A stretch of 50,473 nucleotides of DNA, the filler included, from Sphacelaria rigidula (taxonomy: Eukaryota), in assembly GCA_964200075.2 (NCBI GenBank). It is 2 parts of 2 records of this genome, joined end to end, with 100 filler letters (N's around TTAATTAATTAA, not from the genome) between each part and the next. Parts side by side here need not be neighbours in the genome. Positions count along the whole stretch, not along the records: positions 25,298 to 50,473 come from CAXNAA020000176.1; 1 more part is not named here. One strand, 5' to 3'. This document shows, piece by piece, positions 36,350-48,011 of the stretch. How positions within the stretch are numbered: the first letter of the stretch is position 1; every line of letters starts with the position of its first letter. Made by a program: the position numbers and the translations under genes. The notes under the pieces are model-generated. The model was not told the origin of the DNA. It saw only the letters and a list, made by a program, of their open reading frames with translations, and searched no databases.

Positions 36350-37820
36350 CGCTTAGCACTCCCCACAAATCGGGAGCTTGTTGAATACCTGAAAGCTTCA
36401 TCGTGGGCAAGCGCTGCTGTAACGTACTGCAAGAGGAGCATAGGCCTGCGGTCTAGTGTTGTACTGTCTGTGCTGTGCTCAACTCTGACGCCACTAGGCG
36501 GCCGGGTCGGTATGTGCATCATCAGCTCGGTTAAACTTACGTTGGCGGCTTTGTGAAGGATTTCTGCTCGCGGGTTGTATCGCCGGGGGTCCAAGAAAAA
36601 TTCCGTCACGCTCCAAGGAGCCTCTCGCGTGTCTTCTTCACAAATATCTCCACGCACCGGATCTACAGCCATAGGATCTTTCATAGCGACCTCTACGGAG
36701 AAGACAGGAACAGACGTTGACTTGTAAGCTGTTGTTATGTCGTGCGTAGCGATACTCGAGCTACACCGTGTCACGTTGTTTACCGCACCCTTTTGGAGAC
36801 CCTCTATTGGAAAATGACAGACGTTGTCGCTGTCGTCCATGGTACCCGCACCCCGTTCTTACGCAACTTACTAAAGCATGACGACTGCTCATAGACCAAC
36901 ATGGGTTGCAGCGCAGGGTGCTGCATCTGATGCCGGAAACTGGGCAACCGGAGGTGAGTGAATGGAACCGTGTTGGAATTCGCTTCATACCCAAAAACAG
37001 GCGAGGAAATTTTTCGAGGCGAGAGGTTCACCTGAATTCCTCATTCGTGTGTTCCTCTTTTTGAAAGAGTGTATCACAAATAACCGTGCTTTCTTGTTCC
37101 TCATCTCTTTTTTCACACAGAGTCGGTCCCGCCAGCGAAACTCATACGAGTACGGTCTACTGTACTTCATCGGAGATATGGGCAGTTCAATATTACGTTT
37201 GTATACAAACGAGGGAGTAGAGGCAACAGTAGTACAATATACTGTACTTCGTACTCCTGTAGGTGACGGTGTTTATCACCCCCGGGTGATAAGTTCTTCA
37301 ACCTTGATTTTCTCTTCAATAGTCTCTCACTACATTAACGGAAGACCTCAACCCTTAGACGGCGATGCGGGTAGTCCATCTGGACCACTCATATTTTCTT
37401 CAAATTAATATTGATGCCGATTCAGTAGGTGACCTACCCTCGCGGTCAAAAAGTTAACTGACTATCCGCAATAAAACAACATCCGAAGGCGTGCAGGCCA
37501 CCGTTTTTGAGAAAGTAACTGATACCGAGAATTTGTCCGCTGACAGTCCCGCGAGTTTTGTAGACGAACAGGGACGCAAGGAGGACATGGGCGCTTGGCA
37601 GAAGTGATATAAAATAAGATGTATCAGCCACGTGCAGCAGCGTTTTGCCGCCGTTGATCGAGGGGGGTGCGCCTTTCCCGTCCCCCCGTGTATCGTGCAG
37701 TTTGGAGTAATATGGGCCTGGGTAGTAATGCTGTAGTGTTGGAGCCATGGACGCCCCCGCCATACCTTGGCTACCAACACCAGGGGTTAGTAAGGGTGAC
37801 AAGCCCACCTGCGGTTCCAT
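36350..37820 (-). pseudogene. Possible hAT transposase relic
   Basis: Ordered minus-strand fragments SQGMAGASM (cf. QGYDGAS.M), RCCTWLIHLIL (cf. C.AH.LNL), PTRFHSL (cf. PTRW.S) and FFLDPRRY (cf. FLDPRY). A hAT-like end TAGCCTGTGACCACGG lies at ~35709. Confidence 0.35.
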
Positions 37821-38259
37821 GCGAGTTGCTCACATGTGTTTAAACTTGTGCTCTTCCTGCTAAGATTGCTGTTCGGGATGTGGGGAAAAATTCCAGCAGA
37901 ACTTGAGCACGAAATCAAAATCCCACCCATGCACACACGCACGACCACCCCTGCAGCACGTACATCTCCAAGCGAACAGAGTACGTCATGCCATGCAGCT
38001 GTTGAGAAACAGCTGTCTGCTGTTTGTGTTGACCACTTAAGCTCTATATTTTACTCTCATTGACGCGATGAAATTGCACACGACTGGTGTCTCGAGACGG
38101 CGAAGCGCTGCTGGTCGCGGCTTCTGTGCGAAGTACTATATTATGTAAGACGCGCGGCATACATTCATGACAATAACCTTTCATACTGTAGGCGTCGTAT
38201 CTCCACCTGAAACAACTATCAACAACTCTTTAACCCCCTTAAAGAGAGGCTGCCTTTTT

Positions 38260-39130
38260 GTCTTTCAATTGGCGGCTCAGCGTTCAAGGGCTTGAGGCTG
38301 AAGAACTCAGCACTCTGGGGTCATGTACACCGTCACCTGCGGTAGCCTTCAAAACTCACCAAAACGCTGTGCGAGCCTTCCTCCACGAGATGATCGACTC
38401 GCGTATACGATGCGTCCACCAAATGCTCGTACTAAAATCCGATATCTCAATGCAGCATCTCCTTTCAACAGAAGGTATTATTCAAACACATGAAACCAAC
38501 GTAGGAAAAATCGAAACTGTGAAAAGCGCTTGCGAAACAAACTGGTTTACCTAACTTTCGGCTAATAGTTACCCGAGTCAACCTTGCGAGTTGCATAGCA
38601 TAAACGCATGCGAACCATATAAAATACTGCTAGACGCCTCCACATTGCGGCAGACTGCATTTGGAGCAGGACAAGTTTACGCGGTAACTACCGATCAGAT
38701 CGATCCATGTTACTTGGGAAATGCCGTGAGAGTATTCAAAAGCCTAGTGTTCGTGCAGTCGAATCTCACGGCCGATGACCCCCGCACTTACATGTTCCAA
38801 CACCATCAAGTATTCAGTGTACATATTACAGTATAGTACACTGAACACGGTACAGTAGTACAGTACAGTACACGGCCCCAACGCACAGCACCAGCAGGAG
38901 TGTCGCAGCAGCAGACAGTGCCTTGTTGTTCGTTTTACGGAAGACGAAACAGCCAACACACCATGAAGTTTTAACTAGTGTGCAGCCAGCACTGCGTGCT
39001 GACTAACATTATTTTCAGGAGAGGCGAACACAACGACAAGATCGCAGCTCATGCAATCCAAACCGTCTTCGCAATGCGTCAACACACCAGAATACAGAGG
39101 GTGAAAGCTCCAACACATTAGAGGGAAGGT
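38260..39130 (+). pseudogene. Possible second hAT transposase relic
   Basis: GQVYAVTTD (cf. V.AVVTDN) at ~38670. KAPTH* at ~39105 becomes KAPTRW after reverting two G>A changes. Confidence 0.25.
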
Positions 39131-40374
39131 GGTTGTGTTTTTGCTGCGGTACAGTGAAACAGGACATTACACATGTTTTAGACCTCCGCCTGATTTTGGA
39201 CAGGTCCTCAATTTTGGGCGAGTGCCGAATTTGAACGCTCGGCCATAGTCGCGCTTCTTTCGATATACTTTAGGTCACCATATTTGTGCGTTGGACGTCT
39301 GACTTGTGATGCGGGCTTCGCCTGCTAATTTAATTAAGCAGATTCTGTTCCGGTACATCTTTAGTTTGCCCATTTTTCAGGTCAGTGATGTGTACCGCGA
39401 AGCCAAAGGCGGGTAACCCATCTCCGTTTGGAAACGCCTGTGCTGTAGAAGTGCAATGAAGTAGAACAATGGTACACAGTGTGGACATGAAAGTGGTGCA
39501 GAACAGTACAGCGCAGGACAGCAACCATACGGTGCCGTACAAGCAACAGGGTATATGAAGCGTGTTGCCAACAGCACGAGTGCAGAATAGCGCAGCGTAG
39601 TTCTGTTTGGGACCTAAACAGCGCTGAAAAGGCTGCACAAATTATGCCTATGACATTGATCTTGCTTTGTCCATGTTTCAAGCACCCACACGTCCTCTAC
39701 TCGAAGTGTGCTGCCCCGCATCCTGGCACAGACGGCGGGGGTCCCGGGCTGTCTTTCCTTGTGCTGATACTGTACGGTCCCTCCTCCTCATGAAACTTGA
39801 GCTTTGTAGCTTGTGGGCAATGCGGAACAACAGTATTTGAACGTGTACACGCTCCTTTAAGAAGAGGGTGCCTTCGCAGTCCAGATATGTTATTCCTTGA
39901 GTTACTTTTGTGAACTATTCCAACGCAGGGGCTCATTAGATTTCTGCAAACACTGGGATGCACACCCTGTTCGCATGTTGATGAGCACCCAGCCTTCGCC
40001 CTCCCCTCGGGGGCATTCGACTAACCACGGCGGCACGAAGAAGCTTGGTCCTTCCATGTCAAAATATTCTAATTCTCTCGGCTAACTTTCGGGATTTGGC
40101 CAACGAATCGGCTTCATAATCGGTAAAAGAAAAATATGTCGGGGGATATTTCAATCAAGCATAGTTGAGTGAAGTTGTCTTGCAAATAACCTACAATATT
40201 GTAAATGAAAAAAGTATGTATGGCCGATTCTTTGGCCATTTCTTGACGCCTTTACTGCGAGCTTCACCTCGGAACAATGCCACCAGCTGACAGTCCAGGG
40301 ATTTCCAGCTGAGTGATGTATGGATTCTCGGGGTTCCTTAATCATCGGCGAAAGCTTCCTGGATCAGCTGTGCG

Positions 40375-40677
40375 TTTTTTTCAGTCAGGATTTCAACCCC
40401 TCCCCTTCCTCTAGACAAGTCCGTGGGCTCAAGGGATCAACCCTTGCCTCCCCCGGTTGACGCCTTCCGTTTTGTTATCGCGGGATGGATGTGCACTCCC
40501 GCACCCCGTTCGCTCTCGCGGAATATCCTGTTCTCGCCACTCTCATCCTCACGTTTTTTAGAGCGGAAATAAGATACTTGTCGAAAAAAACACAATCATC
40601 TGCCGGGATTCGAAATTGAAATAATTATTCCGTCCTCACAGGTTTTTGTTGTACCTGTTACACCAGCGGGTTAGGGC
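40375..40677 (-). mobile_element. tRNA-derived SINE, family B
   Basis: The minus strand has GCCCTAACCCGCTGGTGTAACAGGTA (A-box-like), TTCGAATCCC (B-box-like) and an A7 tail. It is collinear with 46542-46854. Confidence 0.7.
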
Positions 40678-41328
40678 GATTGGTGATGATGTTTGATGGA
40701 AATTTCAAGTCGGGTACCAACCCGGAAGAAGGGCAGTGGCCATTTTGATGGTTTTGATTGGTCAATTTGATCATTATGTTCCCTGGAGAACGCCTGCAGA
40801 TTGCCTACTTGGTTGCCTAGCTGTAAGTGACCTTTTGAGTATCAACTACCCAGCAACTGCAGAACACCAAAAAGGAGATATATTTTCGCTACTATTACAA
40901 GTTCTTGCTACCCTGCTTCTTGTGTTGTCAAGTAGCTGCACGCTAAAGGACTCTAATAATTGCACCTCGGGAGCCATCACCTCGATGTCCGGGAAATCTT
41001 AATGTCAACGAGGCCTGAGGGTGAGGGAAGGGGCGATCCCCCGTTGGTAGGAGGATTTCCATGAAGATTCCGTAGATAGTGGCGATAGTAAGCACGGTAC
41101 CAAGGGGCCCTACCAACTGCGGGCCTGTACCCACCTCCTCGATTTAGGAAAAGCCCGTCAAGGGTAAGGTCGAAAGAGCGGAGAGGAACACCTGCTTGGA
41201 GGTGGGGGTACCTTCCAGATATCACAGATAGAGGCGATAGTAAGTAACGCATCACTGGGATTTCTGCAGGACTTTGCAAGGTCATTCATTCCTCAATATC
41301 CAGAGCCTTCGAGGGGGGGTGGGGGGGG

Positions 41329-41700
41329 GTTATACTCATGGTTGCGTGCCACACTCATAAGACGATTGACCTTGCAACCCCACAAAGCTGGGACGGAGCA
41401 CGCCGGGTTCCGCCGGGCCAGGATCATAGCCACGAAGAGCGAAGCGCCCGTGAGTTATTTCGGCGAGTCGCGTGAGGGGTGATCTGGATCCTGACAAGAT
41501 TGTTCGGCCCAAAACGTACTAATTTTCTTGCACGTGGATGACAGCCTCGAATGAGTTGCTTCATTTTCTGGTATCTCCACTTCCATAAACAGCCAAGGGT
41601 TACTCTGCCTCATGACTGTCTCACCATTTACACACTACGTAGTATGACCATCCTGTTTGCGCGGAGTTGAGGTTCTTCACCCCGCACAAGATTATATAAC
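41329..41700 (+). mobile_element. Probable 3' LTR of a second, highly decayed LTR retrotransposon
   Basis: A G-rich PPT-like tract (41311-41329) is directly followed by GTTATA...TATAAC terminal inverted repeats. A weak Copia RNase-H-like peptide GDISIKH lies upstream at ~40143. Confidence 0.4.
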
Positions 41701-42968
41701 TCGACCACCATTCATGTTACTACGAAAAAAACGCAAACGAAAAAAAGCTGTATCCTGGTTGCCTACCTAACGCAGTGAGGGGACATGTTTCACAGCGGCG
41801 TTGCCAACTGGCGACAACCCATGAAAGCGGGAATCAATTGGGCTGCTGAACCGTGGTAATCAGTAGTGCGACTCACAATACCAAGGAAGACGCTGTCCGC
41901 CCCAACACCACAGACATTACCACAGAGATAAAGGGCCTTCAAAATACAAAGTACAAGTTTGACATTGCCTATTCTCTCAGGGGCACCTGAGAGGTATCCA
42001 TGTGGAAAATATAAAAATGGCGGTGATGGCGGTGGTGGCGATCCCTTGTCATTCGACGGGCCAAACCCTTGCACTTTTTCAAATCAATAGTCCTTCACAC
42101 TAGAAACCACCTCATTGTGCATCTATAGGTAGTATAAGGATCCGCACGAAGTTTCAGATCATTCCATCCTCCCTGGGTTGAGTTTGACCCATGGCTGTTA
42201 ATGCGGCTGTGCCCGGCGCTGCACGGACGGTGGGTCGGAGAGATGTAACACACGCGCACAAAAACTTTGGGATAGTACATCTCTGTCAATACGGAAGCAA
42301 AATAAATGTATCGCATATCAAATTACCGATCTCCTTCATCACAAATACATCCACACGTGTGTTTTTGTCACCGTTTCCTGTGCGTTCAGAAATTGTGGCC
42401 TATCGTCCCAGGGGTTACGCTACATGCATTTCGTATACTCCCCGAACCTCTCTCTCAAAATTCGAGGAAAGTTCCGAATCTGTTTTTATCCGACGAAATA
42501 AACGGTGTCTTGATACACATCGGTCTACCCCTTGCACTGGGCTCAACGCACACCCGCAGCCGTGCTGAGTATACCACATATCGCACGAGTACTTCTCGTC
42601 CTTATTGCTGTCTCAACGATGACGCAAAATTCAAATGGAAATAACCGCGAAATACCCCGATCATGCGGCACTTCGTCTGGCCTTGCTCGCCGGGGGTAGA
42701 GATCGTTCTTCGCCACCACTCCGGTTGCCTCCACTGGTGGACCAGAACTCATCGCCCTCGGTGGTCCTCGTCGTCGTGACTCCCGGCACTCCGTGGGTGG
42801 TCGGTCATCTACGTCTACACCTCTTACCCGAGAGAGTTTACGTGCAGAGCATACGTCTTTCATGGGTCGGCAGCAAGATTCTTTGCCCAGTACTGGTCAA
42901 CGGCAGCAACAGCGCCAACAAGCCGCCAGGGATCGCAGAAACGCCAACCTTCGCACAAGGCGACAAGC

Positions 42969-43580
42969 GATGAGGTGTGTTGTCCGATTTTAAGCGTAGA
43001 TTCACGATATAGTACACAGCCGTACTACAGTACACTGAGCAGTACATGCGGTAGATATATAGATTTGCATACCACTCCGGACAAGGTTTTGACGGATACT
43101 GCTGTATCAGAGAGCTTCGATGAGGTGTGTTTTCCGATTACCATTTTGTGCTGCACAGTCGTACTGCAGTCCAGCAGGATACTACAGTACACTGAGCAGT
43201 ACATGCGGTAGATATATAGATTTGCATACCACTCCGGACAAGGTTTTGACGGATACTGCTGTATCAGAGAGCTTCGATGAGGTGTGTTTTCTAATTACCA
43301 TGCTGTGCTGCACAGTCGTACTGCAGTCCAGCAGGATACTACAGTACACTGAGCAGTACATGCGGTAGATATATAGATTTGCATACCACTCCGTTCAAGG
43401 TTTTGACGGATACTGCTGTATCAGAGAGCTTCGATGAGGTGTGTCTTCCAATTATCATGTTGTGCTACACAGTCGTACTGCAGTACAGCAGGATACTGCT
43501 GTATCAGAGAGCTTCGATGAGGTATGTTTTCAAATTACCATGCTGTGCTACACAGTCGTAGTGCAGTACAGCAGTACATA
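42969..43580. repeat. Tandem array, 157-bp unit (periods 150, 157, 157, 83 plus a partial unit)
   Basis: GATGAGGT(G/A)TGT starts at 42969, 43119, 43276, 43433 and 43516. The central units are nearly identical. Confidence 0.95.
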
Positions 43581-44003
43581 CCATAGATGGACAATAGTCT
43601 ACAACTTTCGACTAACAGCTCTCGCACCCCCTCCCATCCTCTCTTCCTCCTGCTTCGTGTCGTCGCCACCTTACATTGCTATGCAGGAACTACCTAATAC
43701 GCACAAGCCCTCAGCTCAAGATCAACCTCAGCACCAACGTCGTCTCCTGCCTACGACATTCTTCAACTTCGTTTCTCGTAAATTGCAGAGCGCGATACCT
43801 GTACGGAGTTCTTCTCTCATACAGCGCGTGGCTGATGGCTTTTGTGCCTTCTGTCCTTCGTTTGCAAGTTTATTAGTACGTACCCGGATATCTTGCACGG
43901 GGTTCGCGTCTCCTGCAGCAGGCACCTGCTGACTTTTGTGTCCTCTCTACGGGAAGCTTTTTTTTCTTTGCCTTGTTTTCGTAATCAATCACGTATCACA
44001 ACG

Positions 44004-44631
44004 AGTGTAGCCCGTACCTGTCTCCTCTCATTCCAATTGTAAGGGTTTACTACCCTCCTTTTCCTTTGGTTTACCGAGGTTTTCAGTGCTTTTCCTTCGA
44101 GTTGGTGTGGACTTGTCGTCGGTGCGAATTACACTTCTCCTAGTATGCTCTACAAACTTGATTGTTGTGCTTTCAGATGTCTGTGCACATATTATGTGCC
44201 TCCTACGGTTTCATCTATCTTACGCATACGCCTTGCCTGCGATAGAACCGTGCCTACAGGCACCATAGCTCCGCTGCTTTCGCCATATTTACTTCCTAGT
44301 ACTTGGCCCTTCAGTGTCCAGTGTAGCCCGTACCTGTCTCCTCTCTTTCCAATTATAAGGGTTTACCACCCTCCTTTTGCTTTAGTTTACCGAGGTTTTC
44401 AATGCTTTTCATTCGAGTTGGTGTGGACTTGTCGGTGCGAATTGCACTTCTCCTGGTATGCTCTACAAACTTGATTGTTGTGCTTCCAGATGTCTGTGCA
44501 CGTATTATGCGCCTCCTACGGTGTCATCTATCTTGCGCATCCGCCTTGCCTGCGATAGAACCGTGCCTACAGATTTCTAACCTCTGCTGCTTTTGCTATG
44601 TTTACTTACTAGTACTTGGCCTTTCAGTGTC
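44004..44631. repeat. Tandem duplication, period 316 bp
   Basis: AGTGTAGCCCGTACCTGTCTCCTCTC occurs at 44004 and 44320. Both units end AGTACTTGGCCYTTCAGTGTC. Confidence 0.95.
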
Positions 44632-45399
44632 TTCCTTGTTTTCTTTTGGCTTTCCTCTTTCCACCTCTTGTCGTAGGACTAAAGTCGCACCTTTTCCTCT
44701 CTTGTTGTGTCGGATGTGGCGTGCACACAGGAAGACCACTTGTAGTGAGACACAACTTGTTCTTGTGCTGTAGCTTTTGGTGCTGCATGTAGTCACACAC
44801 TACTTCAGCCGTTGTCGGTCCTGTGTTTGACTACACGCAGCACGTTGCTGCTCATCATAGGGTCTGGTTAACACGCGACTTTATCACATATGTATGCACA
44901 TCGTCTAAACTGCGGGGATCGCATTTGTCTAAGACATTTTTCTCAGTTCTTCCCTTGCATCGGGTATCCTTTCCCCTCTGCTCTTTGCGCCAACACATTT
45001 CCAGTAATGCTCACCACCTTCCTATCTACCTCTTCTTTTCGGATACCATCGCCGCATATCTGCTATCACCATCTCTCCTCATAATATCCGACCGGGTACA
45101 TATCATTTTTCATTTCCTTTTATTAGCATAGACTACATCCCTCTTCTTCTCGCTACAATCTACACCGGACGATTCAAGGGGTGAAGGGGGGGCGGGGGGA
45201 CACTGAGAGAACAGCACGCCGCTTGCCACGAGCGTGCCTTTCCAATTGAAGTATATGGCAGCTACAAACAAGATGTCATACCATCCATGAACAATTTGCA
45301 AGTATATGCGGTCTGCTCAGGTGTACAACAATTTCAGACCTCTGAGTAACCGACAAAACACATGTGTATCAATAAGGGACGGGAAGGGGTTTTATGACA

Positions 45400-46310
45400 T
45401 GCAGCTGGTAGGGCGTCTTGTGCACATCACTGTACCGTAGAATAGTGACAGTATGCCCGCAAAGACAGGCACGGCGTACACTACTGTCTGCAGGGGATAG
45501 CGATGACACACCGATTGTGCGTTGTTTTATTTAGCCTGTAGTGAGAAGTGCGAGCTGCCTTGACTGCAATGTGTGTAGAGGCATGCAGTGCAAGATGAAA
45601 GCATGCTCGAGGTGTGCCAGCACGGTCCCGAAAATACGATGACTGCGAAAGCACAGGCAAAGACTATTTTGTTTGAGTTTGTCACAGGAGTGGTAGAATC
45701 GGTCGTGGGCCCCCGTGTAACAAACGAGCCCAAGGAAGTGATAAAACACCAGACATGCACCCTGGACTTGGCTCTCAAAACTTCTTGGGGTTCCTCTGCA
45801 CTAACATCTGTTCTAATTCTTGACATGAGCGTGTTGATACTTGAAATAAACAACTATTTCGACCCCCCCGCGCTTACTATGCGCCATGGACATCTGAGGC
45901 GACCTTGCAGGGAAGGGGGTGTTCAGAGTCTAAAAATGACACCCATGCGCCAATCGGCCGCCTTTCATTTCGTGTGATTTCCGGAGGTTCAGAAAAGCTG
46001 TTTTTGATGGAGAGACGAATCCCTGCATAGGAAAAGACGTTGCCATGCAAATGCCGCGAGTCGGAGATATTCGTACAGTAGTCGCGATAGCTGCAGCACA
46101 TGTCTGTGGTGAACACACACAGCAGTTGTAAGACAGCTGAACGCCCTGGCGTATGTCTTTGGGGTGAACGTGCTGTAAGCGGTGCTTGAGGTTGTTTTGA
46201 CTTTTTGTCAGGTTTACGGGAAAGAATCCCCTACCTTTAACAACCAACTGTGCAGGGCGAGCACATCAAATTGATTCCCACACACACCACAATCAACGCG
46301 CATGAAAGTG
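45400..46310 (-). pseudogene. hAT transposase relic with BED zinc-finger remnant
   Basis: In order on the minus strand: VDCGVCGNQF...NNLKHRLQHVHP (BED-like, frameshifted), ICMATSFPMQGFV...AFLNL, TTDSTT (first catalytic D region) and CLCGHT (CxxH-like). Confidence 0.4.
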
Positions 46311-46448
46311 CAGTGGTGAGCTTGTCCTCCCGGGGAACCTCTGCTGGTCAAGCGGGAGCTCTTGGCGTTGAGAATTGGGTAAGGAAAGGCGACCTCGGTC
46401 GGCTTTGCGTTCTGAGCATGTAAGGAACATAATACCTCATAGCTTAAC

Positions 46449-46529
46449 GTCGATGTGTCCGAGTGGTCAAGGAGATGGACTTGAAATCCATTGTGATATC
46501 ACACGCGGGTTCAAATCCCGTCGTCGACG
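46449..46529 (+). tRNA. tRNA-Ser (anticodon TGA), intronless, long variable arm
   Basis: Acceptor GTCGATG/CGTCGAC plus discriminator G, D-arm TCCGAGTGGTCAAGGA, anticodon arm ATGGA-CTTGAAA-TCCAT, variable hairpin TGTGATATCACA and T-arm GCGGG-TTCAAAT-CCCGT. Confidence 0.96.
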
Positions 46530-46541
46530 TTAAATTCTCTT

Positions 46542-46854
46542 GCCGTACCCCGGTGGTCGAATAGCACAACTAAACCCCGTAGGGCGAGAAAAACGGAGGT
46601 TTGCTCCCCGCCAGATGCGTCTAGTTTGGCTTTTATCTCGCAAATAAATGATATCCGTGGTTAAAGGGTGAGGACGTGAGTAGCGAAAATAATATCTTGG
46701 CTGAGTTTGTTCGACGACAGTCGACGCGGTGCGAGGGTGCTGATCCGATCCGCGATCCCAAGATGTAGGCCGTGTAGCGAGGGAGAAACGAGTTGAGTCC
46801 TTGACACCACGGACTCGTTCCAAGGAAGGGGAGACGTCAGATGTGAGAAAAAAA
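46542..46854 (+). mobile_element. tRNA-derived SINE, family B, 12 bp downstream of tRNA-Ser
   Basis: The head is GCCGTACCCCGGTGG, the body is collinear with 40375-40677, and it ends in an A7 tail. The B box is decayed. Confidence 0.65.
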
Positions 46855-47763
46855 TCCGCCCGCTCAACCATGCATAATATAAACGTGAATCTCGCGAACA
46901 ATCCGTCGAAGCGTCCACCCGCCCTGTTAGCGGATTGTCTACGGTAAGATCATCTAAACCGGCGGGATTGTCATAGGCCGGGTTCTCGGCACAGAAGTCC
47001 GTGGGCGCCAAAAGCATCAATTATCCGAAAAACTTTGGAGAGACGGGTAGTGAGTGACCTCCTTCCCAACAATTTTTTCAACGAAATCAGTTTCCGAATA
47101 TGTTACTTCTGACTTGAGTTTAGCAGTTTATACACCAAGATGGAAGCGCCCGCTAGCGTGATTCTTGTCGCATTACATTTGCTGTACGAGTACTTACTGT
47201 GACGGTACCGTTTAGCATGCTGCTGTCGTTTGTGCGTGCATGCATGCATACAGCAGTGTGCTGCAACTGTGTGTACTGCTTCTGCACCGTACACTATGTG
47301 TGCCGCCTATACTGTGCTGCGTGCAGCTGTACTTCCATAAATGTGGGTAGCTGCAGGGTACTTGATGGGAAGTGTCTTTGATGAACCCCGATCCGGACGA
47401 ACTTTGATGTCTCCAGCACATACTCTGCTGCTGGGGATGAGATGGGCGGCACCTCTTGGGGGGGAAATGCCGATCTATATCCTTAAAAACGCCCCACGAT
47501 AAAGTGCTTGAGAAACAGTCCCTTTGAAAGTCCTCTAGCTTTTTCTAGAGAGTTTTTGTTGGATCAAACAACGGTTTTAAATCGCTCCCCACCCCGACGG
47601 GGTCAGAGGGTCAAGGCCACATTTAGGGAAGGGTTTGATTATTCCTACTTGGAGTTTCGGTTTGGAATTTGTTCTACAAATTTTGGCCCCAAACTAGAAA
47701 ATATTCCCACAACGCATCATAGATAGACCCTATGCATCACCCGAGGAGTTCATGCCTCATCTG

Positions 47764-48011
47764 TCCGATTCGCTAGACTTCGGGATCTCGAAGTGGTTTC
47801 TCAAGGAATATCCAGCTGAAAATGATAAATAACAGTGAAGACGATGGATGAATGTCACTTGAGACAGGGGATCATGCATCTCTCATTGCTCCAATTCGCT
47901 AGGTCTCGGGATCTCACAATCGTTTCTCTTGGATATTCAGCTGAAAATGATGAACAGTGAAGACGATAGGGGGATGCCACTTCAGGCAGGGGACCACACA
48001 TCTTTCATTGC
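47764..48011. repeat. Tandem duplication, period ~126 bp
   Basis: TCCRATTCGCTAG...TCGGGATCTC...CAGCTGAAAATGAT...AACAGTGAAGACGAT...TCATTGC occurs at 47764 and 47890. Confidence 0.9.

Noticed and set aside
42969..43580. CRISPR-like array
   Set aside because: The units are contiguous 157-bp repeats with no unique spacers, there are no cas genes, and the context is eukaryotic.
46220..46440. SRP / RNase P / MRP RNA upstream of the tRNA
   Set aside because: The hallmark conserved motifs were not found, and the region is better explained as a hAT relic.
46449..46529. Selenocysteine or suppressor tRNA
   Set aside because: The anticodon is TGA (reads UCA, Ser), not TCA, and the acceptor and T stems are the standard 7/5.
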